64,000 bases of DNA. Source: an uncultured delta proteobacterium. GTDB lineage: Bacteria > Desulfobacterota > WTBG01 > CAIYCZ01. This document shows, in pieces, positions 1 to 11,199 of the stretch. The stretch's first letter is position 1, and each line of letters begins with the position of its first letter. The notes beneath the pieces are model-generated. The model made no database searches and was not told the origin of the DNA. It saw only the letters and a list, made by a program, of their open reading frames with translations. The translations under genes were made by a program, and so were the position numbers. The stretch covers positions 1 to 64,000 of the forward strand of contig CAWDOY010000048.1 in NCBI GenBank assembly GCA_963803975.1, written 5' to 3'.

Positions 1-978
1 CTGTTCCCCTGGCCCGGTCCGGTGGTGTTCCCGACCCAGGGAAACGCGGTTGAGAAGGAGTCCTTCTTCCCGATGGATAAGGTGCGGTGGTACATGATTG
101 ACTTTCCTGCAGCCATTAAAGCCTATCCGGACAATGAAGAAGAGCAGCTGCGCTGGTCATGCGACCTGCACTATGAAATAGCACGGGCTGAGCTGGCCAT
201 TGTCGTTCAGCACAATGCCAAGCAGTTCATGTGGACCTGGGCGGCCCGCAGCAAGGAAGAGTTTCACAAGGGCGCCAATGAGGACTTCTTTCCCGCACGG
301 GTACAATATCGTGGCCCTGTCCGCTATGACCTCGGTTGAGCAGCTTGAATACGAGGAAAAAGTGCTGAAGCACATTGTGGACAAAATGGGCGGCAGTCTT
401 CCTCTCCGAAAAATCTCCGGATCCCATGGACCGCGAACGGTACAAGGTATGGATGCGGGTCACCAATGACTGGATCAGGACCGCTCATTCCATGCGCCTG
501 AGCCGTCCCACCGACTGTTTTCATCAGGGCACCGCGTGTCTTGATTCCATCGATACCGTGGCCGAGGAAATTCTGCGGGCCAACCGCACCAGCGGGATGC
601 GGCGGGCAGGGCAAGGGCCAGAACCTGCTTCCCATCAGCTTCCATGGCGGCTGGATCAGCCCCACGGAGAAGGGCTACGGCGCACTGATGACCACCGACC
701 TCTGGCCGGAGCAGGAACCGGAGAAGGCTGCCGAGGCAATTCACCGTTCCTCTTGTCATCGCTCATGGGGATGCTGGGAGAAAAAGTGCGCGGCAGCAAC
801 GGTGTGTCTGCTCGGGCCGGCCTATGACCTGCTCGGGCCGCAGTTTTTTAACGTGCACCTGCTGGTCAAGGCAATGAAGCGCGAATTCGACCCGAACAAT
901 GTTTCCAATCCGCCCTACGCGACAACGCCTGATGTCGTCGACCCGATACAACTTGCAGAAATGACCAAGGTTCTGTAA
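1..978 (+). CDS. FAD-linked oxidoreductase (VAO/GlcD-like), C-terminal part; runs off the window and is split by several frameshifts
   Basis: Overlapping + ORFs 22-339, 200-469, 375-827 and 541-978 join into one protein ending LVKAMKREFDPNNVSNPP, typical of the FAD-oxidase C-terminus (K..FDP.N..NP). Confidence 0.6.
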
Positions 979-1008
979 CAATAAATAACATAACAAAGGA
1001 GAGCTATC

Positions 1009-2012
1009 ATGTCAGAAGAAAAGGGAACCATAGAAAAATTGCTGGCTATACAAGCCGTTCAAGGTTTTTGACAGCCACGGACATCCAGGCCTGGAGAAAA
1101 AGGGAATTGCTGATCGCGCCGGATGTATTGATTTCTGGTGCGGAGATTCTGTTGTTGCCCGGAGCATGATGGGCGCCCGCGCATTCCTCGGCGATCCCAA
1201 CCCTTTCAAAGTTATTACCAAGGCGGAAGAATGCCCGAACCTGACCCCGGAAGTTTTCGTCCAGTACATGGACATGGCAGGGGTGGAGGCCATGTGCCTG
1301 CAGTGTATCCATGGTATAACCGATCCATTCCCCGGCAACCCGAACGGCTGGAAGTGGTATGTGCCCAACGAATACGTTAAAAAGGAATTCATCGATGCTT
1401 TCCCCGGACGCTTCACGGCGGTAGGCGGGGTGCATGCCCGCTTCGGCAAGCAGGCAGCGGTTGAAATGGTAATATCGGCGAAAGAGATACGGATTTCCCG
1501 GCATCAAGATTCATCCGCCCACCATAGGATATCCCAATAATCCCGACCTGTATCCTGCCTATGAAAAATGCCAGGAGCTGGGACTGCATGTCCAGATTCA
1601 CACCGGCGTGGAAGAGCTGCCGGGCACCAGGGCAAAATATCAGCACCCGGTCTATGTGGATGACGTGGCCATGGATTTCCCCAAGATGAAAATCCTGCAG
1701 CTGCACTGCGGCGTGTTCAACAATCCCATGATGGGTCTGTGGAATGTTATGAAGCACGACAACCTGTACACGGATATCACGATTCCCCACCCGACCCTCA
1801 TGCAGTTCAAGTACTACTGGGATATGGACCATCTGCGCTTCCTTGAATTCTTCATGCCGGACAAGGTTTTTTACGGCACTGACTTTCCCCTTACGCTGCC
1901 GGTCTACCGGGCCATGGTGGACAACATCATGAACCTGCCCCTGACCATGGAATTCAAGCACAAGCTGATGGGCAATAACTTCAGAAAGTTCATCAACTGG
2001 CAGAGTAAATAA
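1009..2012 (+). CDS. Amidohydrolase family protein (amidohydro_2-like), frameshifted
   Basis: SD AAAGGAG then ATG at 1009; VFDSHGH metal motif near 1070; GIKIHPP, YPAYEKCQELGLHVQIHTG and VFYGTDFP motifs across frames (shifts near 1045 and 1485). Confidence 0.75.
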
Positions 2013-2117
2013 TAGGGCTCGCGGAGAAAAACATTGAATCAGATACAGTCGGAAAAGGGTTTGTTACCGGTGCTGCGGCGGAATACGCGTGCTCTGAACA
2101 TGATATAGCAGTGAAGA

Positions 2118-2162
2118 GAGAAGGGTGTTCGATAACTGCGTCGGACACCCTTTCTTGCTTTT
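2118..2162 (+). terminator. Probable intrinsic terminator or RNA hairpin
   Basis: GAAGGGTGTTCGA / TCGGACACCCTTT stem followed by a T-rich tract. Confidence 0.5.
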
Positions 2163-2233
2163 CAGAGCTTTCGGCGCGTGCCGGCCAGGGGCTTAACAAG
2201 TGAGAAACAATATTTTAACAAGGGAGTGTGTGT

Positions 2234-2626
2234 ATGGACGCAAACATTGCCAAATGGGAAGCAGTATTGAAGGCTGATCCCGGCCTTCAGGACCGGCTGA
2301 AGCGCCTCGATCCAAAGGGCTATCCGGCCACCATTAGAGGCGATCTGCTCTGTCTTGCGGTACACGGCAAAACCCCGCTGGTGGTCAGCTGGGATGGCGC
2401 CGTGATTGCCGTAGCGCAGCGCACGCCTAAAAAACCTTTTTTAACATGGAACATAACCAGGGAAAAATATGCCGAGCTGTTTTCAGGCAAATGCCCGCCG
2501 GTTCTGGTAGCCATGAACAACGACCAGAAAAACATCAAGGCGGGCGCTGATCATCACAATGGTTCGCTGGTGGTGAGTTTTCTCGTTATGCTGCAGGAAA
2601 GCATGGAGGGAGGTGGCAACGCATGA
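2234..2626 (+). CDS. Hypothetical protein, weakly SCP2/sterol-carrier-like
   Basis: 130-aa ORF with SD AAGGGAG; stop overlaps the next start (ATGA). The SCP2-like call is a weak impression only. Confidence 0.55.
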   Translation: MDANIAKWEAVLKADPGLQDRLKRLDPKGYPATIRGDLLCLAVHGKTPLVVSWDGAVIAVAQRTPKKPFLTWNITREKYAELFSGKCPPVLVAMNNDQKNIKAGADHHNGSLVVSFLVMLQESMEGGGNA

Positions 2627-3900
2627 GCACTTTCTTTTCAGATTATGCACCGACAAAAACCGTGCTGCCGACAAGCGCCGGGGAAGTTCAGGAAATCATA
2701 AAACACGCAAACCGCACCAAAACCCCGCTGGTGCCGGTCAGCACCGGCAGCAACCTGCAGGAAACCCACCTGCCGTCAGTCAGGGGGGCCACCGCAGTCA
2801 ATCTTTCACAGCTTGACCGCATTCTCTACTTCGATGCCAAAAACCGCAATGCCGTGATCGAGCCGGGCGTTACCTTCGAGCAGCTGGAAAAGGTGTGCGC
2901 AGAAGAGGGCCTGCGCACCCTGACCGCAATTGATGTCCCCAAAGAGGCATCCGTGCTGGGGACCTATCTGGAAATGATGCCGCTCTACGGCTGGCCCAAA
3001 TACCATCCCTGGGAGATGCTCACCATGCAGGGGTTCCGCGCTGACGGCGAGCCGTTTGCCACGGGGCAGATGGCCATGAAGCAGGACCGGCCGGACAAGT
3101 ACTCCTGGGGCGTGTCATTTGCCCAGGTTGCCCGTCTTTTCTGCCAGGCGCAGGGAGCCCTGGGCATCATCACTGCTGTCGCGGTCACCCTGAAGACGAC
3201 AACGCCGGAAAACCAGGTGCTGTTTTTCCCCTGTAAAAATATTAACGAAGCGACCCGCGCCTTGAAAACATTCGCCGCAACAGAAGAGCCGCACGAAATA
3301 TTTGCCGCCAGCCGGACCTATCTTGCCGAGCTGCTGGGGGATGTTTCTGCCAGAGAGCTGCCGGCCTGGACCGTGGTGCTGGTAAACCGCGGCTTTGAAA
3401 AGGACGAGGTTGCATACAAGCTGAAAGATTACCGCGCGCTGGCAAAACAGCTGAACGGCGAGATCATGACAAAGCTGTCGCGAACCGCTGAAGCCCGGAT
3501 CCTTGCCGAGATTTCAAGTCCGACCGGCTCCGCGCTGCACGCAGGCGATGATTGCGAATGGGTGCCGTTTGTGACCATCGCAACAGCGCAGCAGATAAAA
3601 GACTGCTCTGCGCTGTTTGCAAAAGACTCCGGCGCAATTCTCATGCCGCTGCAGGCCGGCGCCTGTTTCTACTTTCAGCCGGATCTGCGCTATAAGGAAA
3701 AGAACCTGAAGAAAGCGCGCGCTGAATATGCCGGAATCTGCGCTAAGCTGCTCAAAGCCGGTGTCATGTTCCCCCGGCCGTCTGCTCTTATCGCCAGACA
3801 GGTGGCTTCATTTTACCAGGACAATTTCAAACTGCTGAAGTCCATCAAGAAGGCAGTTGATCCGAATAACATCATGAATCCCGGAAAACTGGGACTGTGA
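2623..3900 (+). CDS. FAD-binding oxidoreductase (VAO/PCMH/GlcD family)
   Basis: Intact 425 aa; VLPTSAGEVQEII, IEPGVTFEQL, QGALGIIT and C-terminal IKKAVDPNNIMNPGKL. Confidence 0.85.
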   Translation: MSTFFSDYAPTKTVLPTSAGEVQEIIKHANRTKTPLVPVSTGSNLQETHLPSVRGATAVNLSQLDRILYFDAKNRNAVIEPGVTFEQLEKVCAEEGLRTLTAIDVPKEASVLGTYLEMMPLYGWPKYHPWEMLTMQGFRADGEPFATGQMAMKQDRPDKYSWGVSFAQVARLFCQAQGALGIITAVAVTLKTTTPENQVLFFPCKNINEATRALKTFAATEEPHEIFAASRTYLAELLGDVSARELPAWTVVLVNRGFEKDEVAYKLKDYRALAKQLNGEIMTKLSRTAEARILAEISSPTGSALHAGDDCEWVPFVTIATAQQIKDCSALFAKDSGAILMPLQAGACFYFQPDLRYKEKNLKKARAEYAGICAKLLKAGVMFPRPSALIARQVASFYQDNFKLLKSIKKAVDPNNIMNPGKLGL

Positions 3901-3913
3901 GGAGGTGATACCA

Positions 3914-5067
3914 GTGACAAAAGAAGAACTGCTCGCAAAAGCATTATGCTGTAATCGTTGCGGAACCTGCCGCGGGGTGGTGCAGGACGCGGTGCCCAAT
4001 GCCGCATTTTCCGCGCAATGTCCCTCGGGGTCGACGCTGTTTGGTGAATATGAGCCGTCAGGGCTCATGTATATGGCACGGGGTATCGCGCAGGGTGAAC
4101 TGTACGTGGAACAAGGACCTGGCAACGGTCCTCTATTCCTGCACCCTGTGCGGCTACTGTGAGGATCTGTGCAGCCGCGGCTACCGGCACACGCCGTCCA
4201 TTACCATACTCGAGGAGCTGCGCAAAATTATTCCCGACGACTTGAAGCCCAAAAGTCTGCAGAGAGCCGCGGACGGGGCGCAGGTCCCGAAAAGCCACAA
4301 GCTGTCAATTCTTGAAAAATACGGCGTCAAGGACGTGGCGGATTCGGCCGCGGTTGATACCGTGCTGTTTGCCGACAACAGCCTGCTCTATAACAGCGCC
4401 AAGCTGAACGAGATCGGATTTATCGCGAAAAAGAGCGGCAAAAAAATCAGGCTGCTTTATCAGTAATCCGCTCCCGCCCGTTGACGAGACGCTCATCAGC
4501 GGCGGGCGCCAGGATGTGCTCGCGGGATGCATGAGCGCCATTGACGCGCAGCTTAAGAAACACGCCGTGAAGCAGGTGCTCTGTTATAACCCGGAAAGCC
4601 TCTCGGTGCTCAAACGGTTCAGCAGGAGCGGCGCCCGGTTTGAATCAATAACACGGCTGTATGCCGAGATGCTGAAAAAGAAACCAGCGAAGAAACTGAA
4701 AATGCCTGCGGTAACCTACCAGGACCCGTGTCACCTGGGCCGCTATGCCCGGGAATATGTTGCGCCGCGGCAGGTTATCGCCGGGCTGGGCCTTAGCCTC
4801 AAAGAGATGTGGCGTTCCGGATACAATTCTCTGTGCTGCGGTGCCGGAGGAGGACTTCTGGTTTACGGATCCTGCGCTCGCCAAACGATATGCTGCCAAC
4901 CGCTGGGAGGAGGCACAGGCAACCGGTGCCCGGGTGCATGGTTACCGCCTGCCCGTTCTGCAACGGCAACCTGGGAGCAGGGCAAGCCCAAGGGTTTCAG
5001 CGTGGTGGATTTAACATCCCTCATGGCAGAGGCGTTCGGTTACAAGGGAAAGGAGGTGGCGCGATGA
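3914..5067 (+). CDS. (Fe-S)-binding protein, GlcF/HdrD-like with CCG domain, frameshifted
   Basis: [35 protein letters not shown] and VTACPFC motifs distributed across ORFs 3905-4162, 3999-4466, 4516-5067 and neighbours. Confidence 0.8.
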
Positions 5068-6595
5068 AGAACGTAATCAGTAAGACTGCAGAAAAGGTTG
5101 TTGGCTCAGAGTGGGTGCGCACGGATGCACTGAGCAGAGTATTATCATGCCTCCGATGTGATGACCCATTTTGGTCAGGGCAATCTCTATCCGGAAAACC
5201 ATCCCCGTGGCTGTCGTCTATCCCGGGTCGACCAAGGACGTGCAGGCAGTGGTGAATCTGGCGCGCAGGGAGAAAATCGCCCTGTACGCGGTCGGCGGCG
5301 GAACCGTTCTGCTGATCGGCTCCATACCCGGCAAGAACAATTTCGGCATTACGTTTGACTTTCACCGCATGCAGAAGATCACGGTCGACAAGGAGCGCAT
5401 GGTGGTGCGCGCCCAGCCCGGCGCGACCGGGCTGCAGGTCAGCCAGGTGGTACGCGAGATGGATTTCGGCTACCGGCCCTATTTCGGCGGCAGCCCCGGG
5501 AACCTCACTGTTTGTTCCCTACCAGGTGTTTACCGGCCAGAACAAGATGGCGGGCTACCAGGACGGCATGGGCATCAACTGCGCTGCCGGCTATGGAAAT
5601 GGTGCTGGCAAGCGGTGAGATAATGAAGGCAGGCTCCATGTCCCACCCAAAGGCGCCCGGCTGGCCGCACGGCCCGGGCCCGGCGCTGACCTATCTGCCG
5701 TTCTTTTCCAACGCGGGATACGGCATAGTTACTGAGATGGAGTTCCGGCTGTTTCCCACGCCCCAGGAAGTAGGTCTCTCTGTGGGTGACATTCCCGACC
5801 CTCTCTTCAGCGGTGCACGGCTATGTACGAGGTGATGAAGCAGGATTATGCCTGCGGCGCAACCGTGATGGGCCCGGGGTGCTGGACGCATGCGCTCTAT
5901 TCAAGCCAGCACTGGCAGGAAGGCGCGCATTTCGTGAAAGCCACCCAGGATATAAATCTCATCGGCATGTCCTTCCGCGGGTCCTCCGCGAAAGTCGCCT
6001 TTGAGCGCAATGCCTGCATCAGGATCCTCGAGCAGTCAGGCGGTGTGGCAATGCCGGCCTGGATGGTTGCCATCCTCGACGGCCATGAGGCAAACGCAGC
6101 AGGCTGGCAGCAGTGCAACAGTCCGAAGATCTGCGGCACTTTCAACGGCACTTCAGATTCGGGCGGCATTTTCGTTTCCGGCGGCGTGTTTGACTCGCTG
6201 GAAAAGCTTGAGATATATATGGACCGGGGGATGAAGACGTACCAGCAGGTCTGCAGCGACAACCCGGAATTTCTCAACCACCCACATCCGATTGTCCGAC
6301 TGTACGCAAGCTGCGGCCAGACGTATCTGTCCATGGGAGGCCATTCCAACGCGGCGGGAGAGGTTATCTTCGTGCTGGACTTTGCCAACCGGGAATTTCT
6401 CCCCATGGTGGGGCCATTAAGGCCCAGTTTGACGTGCTGATGCAGGAGATCGGCATGGCGCCGCTCGGCGTCGGCCGCGACAAGCGGACCTGGACCGAGT
6501 GCCCGGACCACTTTGCCATGGCAAAGATTATTAAGAGCGTTATCGACCCGCAGGATATGCTGGCACCGGGTGTGGCATTCCCGATGAGCGAATAG
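5064..6595 (+). CDS. FAD-binding oxidoreductase, frameshifted
   Basis: SD GGAGG and ATG at 5064; [30 protein letters not shown] and C-terminal [14 protein letters not shown] ending TAG 6593-6595, over several frames. Confidence 0.75.
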
Positions 6596-6620
6596 AGAAG
6601 TAAATACTTAATAAAAATAG

Positions 6621-6658
6621 AAACCCCCTTTCACCGTAGCGTGATTGGGGGTTTTTTT
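6621..6658 (+). terminator. Intrinsic terminator closing the oxidoreductase operon
   Basis: AAACCCCC...GGGGGTTTTTTT just after the stop codon. Confidence 0.7.
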
Positions 6659-6819
6659 GCTTCCGGAATAGTATTATGTGCTTTGAAAAAACTGCGAGAT
6701 AGATCCGGCAGGCTGTTGCAAGTGATGCAGGGTAAAAAGAAAAAGGCAGGGCCATTGCTGACCGTGCCTTGTAAAAAAACAAGCTATCTTAAGTTGCAAT
6801 GTCGAAAATGCGACCTGCA

Positions 6820-7930
6820 TCAGGGAGCTTCGAGTTCGACCTGAATCGGGTTGTACTCAACAATGACTCGCGGTATTTGTCCCTGCGTCATTTCCCTCTG
6901 TGTCTCCGATAAATTTATACCTGAGCACCGGGCCGCCGATTCCCCTCTCAAAAACATCCTGATTAATATTAGAGTCAAGATATGCTATCTGATCGTAGGT
7001 CGGGCAGAGAATCTGTTTAATTTCTTTGCCAGCCGGGGCAGTATAAAGGATATAGGAATCCGTTCCCTCAGCGGTAGTCCAGTCTGATTTGGTTTGCTCG
7101 GCCTTCATATAAATCTCTGCCAAAACCTGGGTGTTATAGTTGATAATCGACAGTTCAACACGGCACACTACTTGCGGGCCATGACCGTTGAAATCCTGGT
7201 CGCCACGGGTATGTGGTGGCTTATAGGTTCTTTTGCCGGGAAGAATGGTGTCAGTATCCGTCGATCCCTGCGCAATCTTCACAAATGAAAGGTCTTCATA
7301 GCCGCAGGTGAGGACAAATTTATTGTTTTGCGATGTCAGCTGAACCCCGTCCGCCCCCAGGCTGACGGTCATATGATAATGCGTTGGTTTGACCAGATAC
7401 TGGCTGACATTGGTCCTTGATCCATTGCTGTTTTCCACATAGAGTTTCACATCTTCCAGATCAAAATCGTATCCGAAAAATTCCAGCACATCCAGCCGGT
7501 CCGGTATCAAAATGCGATCGACGCTCGACGGCACCACTTGACAAATGTAGGGTTTTAACGGATCCAGTGCCGCATCATAACCCAGATATTCCGTTTTGAT
7601 GCGTATCAATGCGTCTCTCATGCGATAGCCGATGAAGTCCACATTGCACCGGAACTCCGTGCCGACCACGGCAACCCCGCGGTCGAGGAGGTTCTGAACT
7701 TCCACTTCAATTAATTGCGCCAGCTGATCATCGATGCCCTGCAGCTGCGCAGCCAGCCGGTTCATTATATCCTGCCACTCGGAAGAATTCTGGTTAAGCG
7801 TGTTAATCGCATTATCGATTGCTCTGGTTATTTTGCTGACCGCCGAGTTGATGTCGCAGGCGATAAAAGACGGCATTGCCAGAAGCAATGATGCAATCAT
7901 GATTATAGACATGCATTTTCTTATTCTCAT
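6820..7930 (-). CDS. Uncharacterised lipoprotein (helical N-terminus plus beta-rich C-terminal domain); probable frameshift near the 3' end
   Basis: SD GGAGG; signal peptide with FIAC lipobox. The ORF stops at 6857, but the alternative frame RVIVEYNPIQVELEAP ends at 6820. Confidence 0.65.
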
Positions 7931-7949
7931 AATTACCTCCTTCTTTTAT

Positions 7950-9162
7950 TTATTGATTCAGCTCGCCTGTTTTATTCAGCTTCAGCACGTATATGTTATC
8001 GTCATATTCAGCTACCGCGTCATCGGGATGCGTATAGCCGGCAGCAATAAATCCCCCATCCAGGGTCTGCTGCACTTCATATGCCCTGTCTTCACCCGTT
8101 CCCCCATATGTTCGCTCCCACTTGATGCTGCCGTTCGCATCAAGTCGTGCCAGGTACATATCGGTTGCACCAGCTGAACCGATATAGCCGGCAAATATGT
8201 AGCTGCCGTCTTTATTTTGATGAATCGAAAATGCTTCGTCATCAAGTGTGCCGCCGAAGGTCTTTTCCCAGACCCGCTCACCTGACGTATCGAGCTTAAT
8301 TATGTACACATCCCGACCGCCGGCGCCGATGGATTCAGTGAATCCGGCGACAACATAACCTCCGTCTGCAGTCTGCTGAATGGAGTTTGACGAGTCATTA
8401 CGTACGCCGCCGAAGGTCTTTTCCCAGACCCGCTCACCTGACGTATCGAGCTTCATTATGTACACATCCCGACCGCCGGCGCCGATGGATTCAGTGAACC
8501 CGGCCACAACATAACCTCCGTCCCCGGTTTGCTGGATCGATTTTGCCTCTTCATTAAGATGTGCCGCCGAAGGTCTTTTCCCAGACCCGCTCACCTGACG
8601 TATCGAGCTTCATTATATAGACATCCTTACCGCCGGCGCCGATGGATTCAGTGAATCCGGCGACAACATAGCCCCCGTCTGCAGTCTGCTGGATCGACCA
8701 GGGGTCGTCCCAACTGTCCCCGCCATAGACTTTTTCCCAGCTCTTATTTCCATTCTGGTCAAGCTTAATTATATAAAAATCGCAATAGCCCGAACTGAAT
8801 GAACTGGTGCGTCCGGCAACAATGCAGCCCCCATCGCTTGTCCGCCGGATGCAGCGCGGTATCTCCGCATCTTCACCCCCGAAAGTTTTCTCCCAGGATT
8901 TATTCCCTCTTTCATCAAGCTTTATTATGTAGTAATCGTAGCCGCCGACGCTGAAAGAGCTTGTCTGAGCGGCAACAAAGTATCCTCTGTCCGCGGCCTG
9001 CTGGATTGAATACGCCCGGTCATGGCTGCCGCCGCCATAGGTTTTCTCCCAGGTTATCAGCGGCTGATTATCATTGCATGCAGCAGTAAAAAACAGTTCA
9101 AATATCATGAGCAGTGACAGCGCTGCCCTCGTCTCGAAAAATGCTGTTCTAAAATATTTCAT
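7950..9162 (-). CDS. Beta-propeller repeat lipoprotein (WEKTFGG repeats), one frameshift near 8560
   Basis: Lipobox TAAC; about seven 52-aa repeats (SIQQTxDGGYVVAG...KLD..G...WEKTFGG) across ORFs 8554-9162 and 7950-8594. Confidence 0.8.
8251..8700. repeat. Three near-identical ~156-bp tandem units inside the propeller gene
   Basis: CCGCCGAAGGTCTTTTCCCAGACCCGCTCACCTGACGTATCGAGCTT starts at 8251, 8407 and 8564. Confidence 0.9.
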
Positions 9163-9235
9163 AATATGCTCCTTTTGCTTTCAGCTTATTGTCAAAAATA
9201 TGTTGAATTTACTGATAGATGGACTTTGTTGCATT

Positions 9236-9278
9236 AAAAAACCGCCTGCAGGTATAATATCTCACCTGTGGGCGGTTT
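9236..9278 (-). terminator. Terminator-like hairpin in the leader of the propeller gene
   Basis: Minus strand reads AAACCGCCCACAGGT...ACCTGCAGGCGGTTTTTT, about 75 nt upstream of the start at 9162. Confidence 0.55.
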
Positions 9279-9560
9279 ATCTTCTGTTTTCCTTATTAAC
9301 AACACAGCTTTTAATGAGTTTCTCAACTGCACTCATTGTGCTGCCTATACTAAGGGTTGTGTTCTATTAAATTTCTGTGAATTATTATAATAAAAACTAA
9401 ATTTAATTTAATCTATTTAACAAAGTTATGTCAAGATAAATATTATGCTGTAGTGCATTTTAAAAAATGACTACATAAATTAATCAGTTCTACCGAAAAA
9501 TATAACGGTTTTCGCGTAAGGACTCAACGTCGGGCATAACTGTTAGCCGGGAGGGTTAGC

Positions 9561-9581
9561 CCTGTGGGCGGGGAGCTTCAC
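9561..9581 (+). repeat. Partial IS200/IS605-type right-end sequence
   Basis: CCTGTGGGCGGGGAGCTTCAC is identical to 22430-22450 and similar to 29750-29770. Confidence 0.6.
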
Positions 9582-9643
9582 ATTCAATGAGTGGTTTGAA
9601 AATCTATTGTAAAGTTCGCCGAGAAGAAAAAGAACGTATAATA

Positions 9644-10765
9644 ATGAATTTTAAAAATATATTTAAACGCGGCAACCATGAAACATCTGATGCTAAGGCT
9701 CAGCAGATCAGTATGTTTTCCCGGAATATGATGCTCATTCAGTGGCTGCTGATAGCTCTTGCGATTCTGTACATAGAGCTTCCCGGTTCATATGTGGAAA
9801 ACCGGCAGAGCGTAATAGTCACCCTTGTGGTGTATTGTCTTGCCGTGCTGTTCTTTGACTACTTTGGCTTGCACAGAATTCACCATAAAAACAAGATAGT
9901 CATACAAACCTGGGCGATGATTGCCTTCATAACCTATATTTTATGGTCTACGGGGAAAATTGAAAGCCCCATGCTGAGCCTCTATATCCTTGCCATTATA
10001 ACGACTGCTTCAACACTTGACAAAAAAGTCACACTTCTCGAAATGGGGCTTATCTCCGCCTGTGTGCTTTTTTTGACTTTTACTCCTTCGGTGCTTGCTA
10101 AAATGGACCTTACGCAGGCAATTCGCTTTTTGCTGATGCTGTTCCCGTTCTGGCTTATCGCATATTTCGCCAAGATGATGTCAGATGAAATCAGAAGTTC
10201 CCGGAATAAACTTGAACAGTTTGCCCTGACAGATGAGCTTTCCGGTCTCTATAATTACCGGGCAACCATGCAATTGGCAGAGAAAGAATTGCAGCGGGCA
10301 AAGCGGTATCGCCGCAGTTTTTCCATTGTGATGTGTGACATTGATAATTTTAAAGAGGTAAATGACAAGTACGGGCATAATGGCGGCAACACATTAATCA
10401 GACTGATTGCAAAGACCATGTTCAAAAGCTTGCGGACACTGGACATTGTCGGCCGGTTCGGCGGTGATGAATTCATACTGGTATTGCCTGAACAGGATGA
10501 GAATGGCGGGTATAAGGCAGGCAGACGCCTGCTCACGCTCATCGGTGACACCTACTATAACATCGCGAACAAGGAAATTAAAATTACGGTGAGCATGGGT
10601 GTTGCAACATATCCCAATCATGGCGAAGAACTTTCAGAATTAATAAAAAAGGCGGATGAGGCACTGTATGCAAGCAAGCAAAAGGGCAAGAATAAGGTAT
10701 TAATATGCGCAGATGAAACGATTAAACCCTCGGAGGAATTTATACCAGATTATGCGCGTGTTTAA
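9644..10765 (+). CDS. Membrane-bound diguanylate cyclase (GGDEF)
   Basis: Several TM segments, then TDELSGLYN, DIDNFKEVNDKYGH and RFGGDEF, with RxxD (RTLD) upstream of the motif. Confidence 0.92.
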   Translation: MNFKNIFKRGNHETSDAKAQQISMFSRNMMLIQWLLIALAILYIELPGSYVENRQSVIVTLVVYCLAVLFFDYFGLHRIHHKNKIVIQTWAMIAFITYILWSTGKIESPMLSLYILAIITTASTLDKKVTLLEMGLISACVLFLTFTPSVLAKMDLTQAIRFLLMLFPFWLIAYFAKMMSDEIRSSRNKLEQFALTDELSGLYNYRATMQLAEKELQRAKRYRRSFSIVMCDIDNFKEVNDKYGHNGGNTLIRLIAKTMFKSLRTLDIVGRFGGDEFILVLPEQDENGGYKAGRRLLTLIGDTYYNIANKEIKITVSMGVATYPNHGEELSELIKKADEALYASKQKGKNKVLICADETIKPSEEFIPDYARV

Positions 10766-10794
10766 CGGCATACTTTTTAGCAGCAGGAGGCAGT

Positions 10795-11199
10795 ATGGAA
10801 CAAATTAAAATAGTTGTCCGTTACGCAGACGGCAGGGTTGTCAAGGGATACAGCAGTAATTTTTTACCTAACCGGCCCAGCTTTCATCTCACGCCCTATA
10901 GCGCTGAATCCGGAAATGGAGCTATAGATGTCTCGTTGAAAGACCTCAAGGCGCTATTTTTTGTTAAAGATTTTGCAGGGGATTCATCCCGCAAGGATGA
11001 ACAAAAAATAGCTGAAGGTAAAAAGCCGGCAGGCAGGATGGTTGAAGTGATGTTTAATGATGGTGAGGTATTAGCGGGCACAACGACAGGATATGACCCA
11101 AACCGATCGGGATTTTTTCTTTTTCCAGTCAATCCCGAATCGAACAATATACGGGTATTTATACTCTCGAGCTTTGTGAAACAGGTACGCTTTATATAA
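10795..11199 (+). CDS. Conserved hypothetical protein with two internal Sm-like halves
   Basis: SD CAGGAGG; internally duplicated pattern VVRYADGRVVKG / VEVMFNDGEVLAG. Confidence 0.75.
   Translation: MEQIKIVVRYADGRVVKGYSSNFLPNRPSFHLTPYSAESGNGAIDVSLKDLKALFFVKDFAGDSSRKDEQKIAEGKKPAGRMVEVMFNDGEVLAGTTTGYDPNRSGFFLFPVNPESNNIRVFILSSFVKQVRFI

Noticed and set aside
1009..6595. Programmed frameshifting or selenocysteine read-through explaining the split ORFs
   Set aside because: The breaks are frame changes in both directions, in unrelated genes and without consistent slippery sites; assembly indels are more parsimonious.
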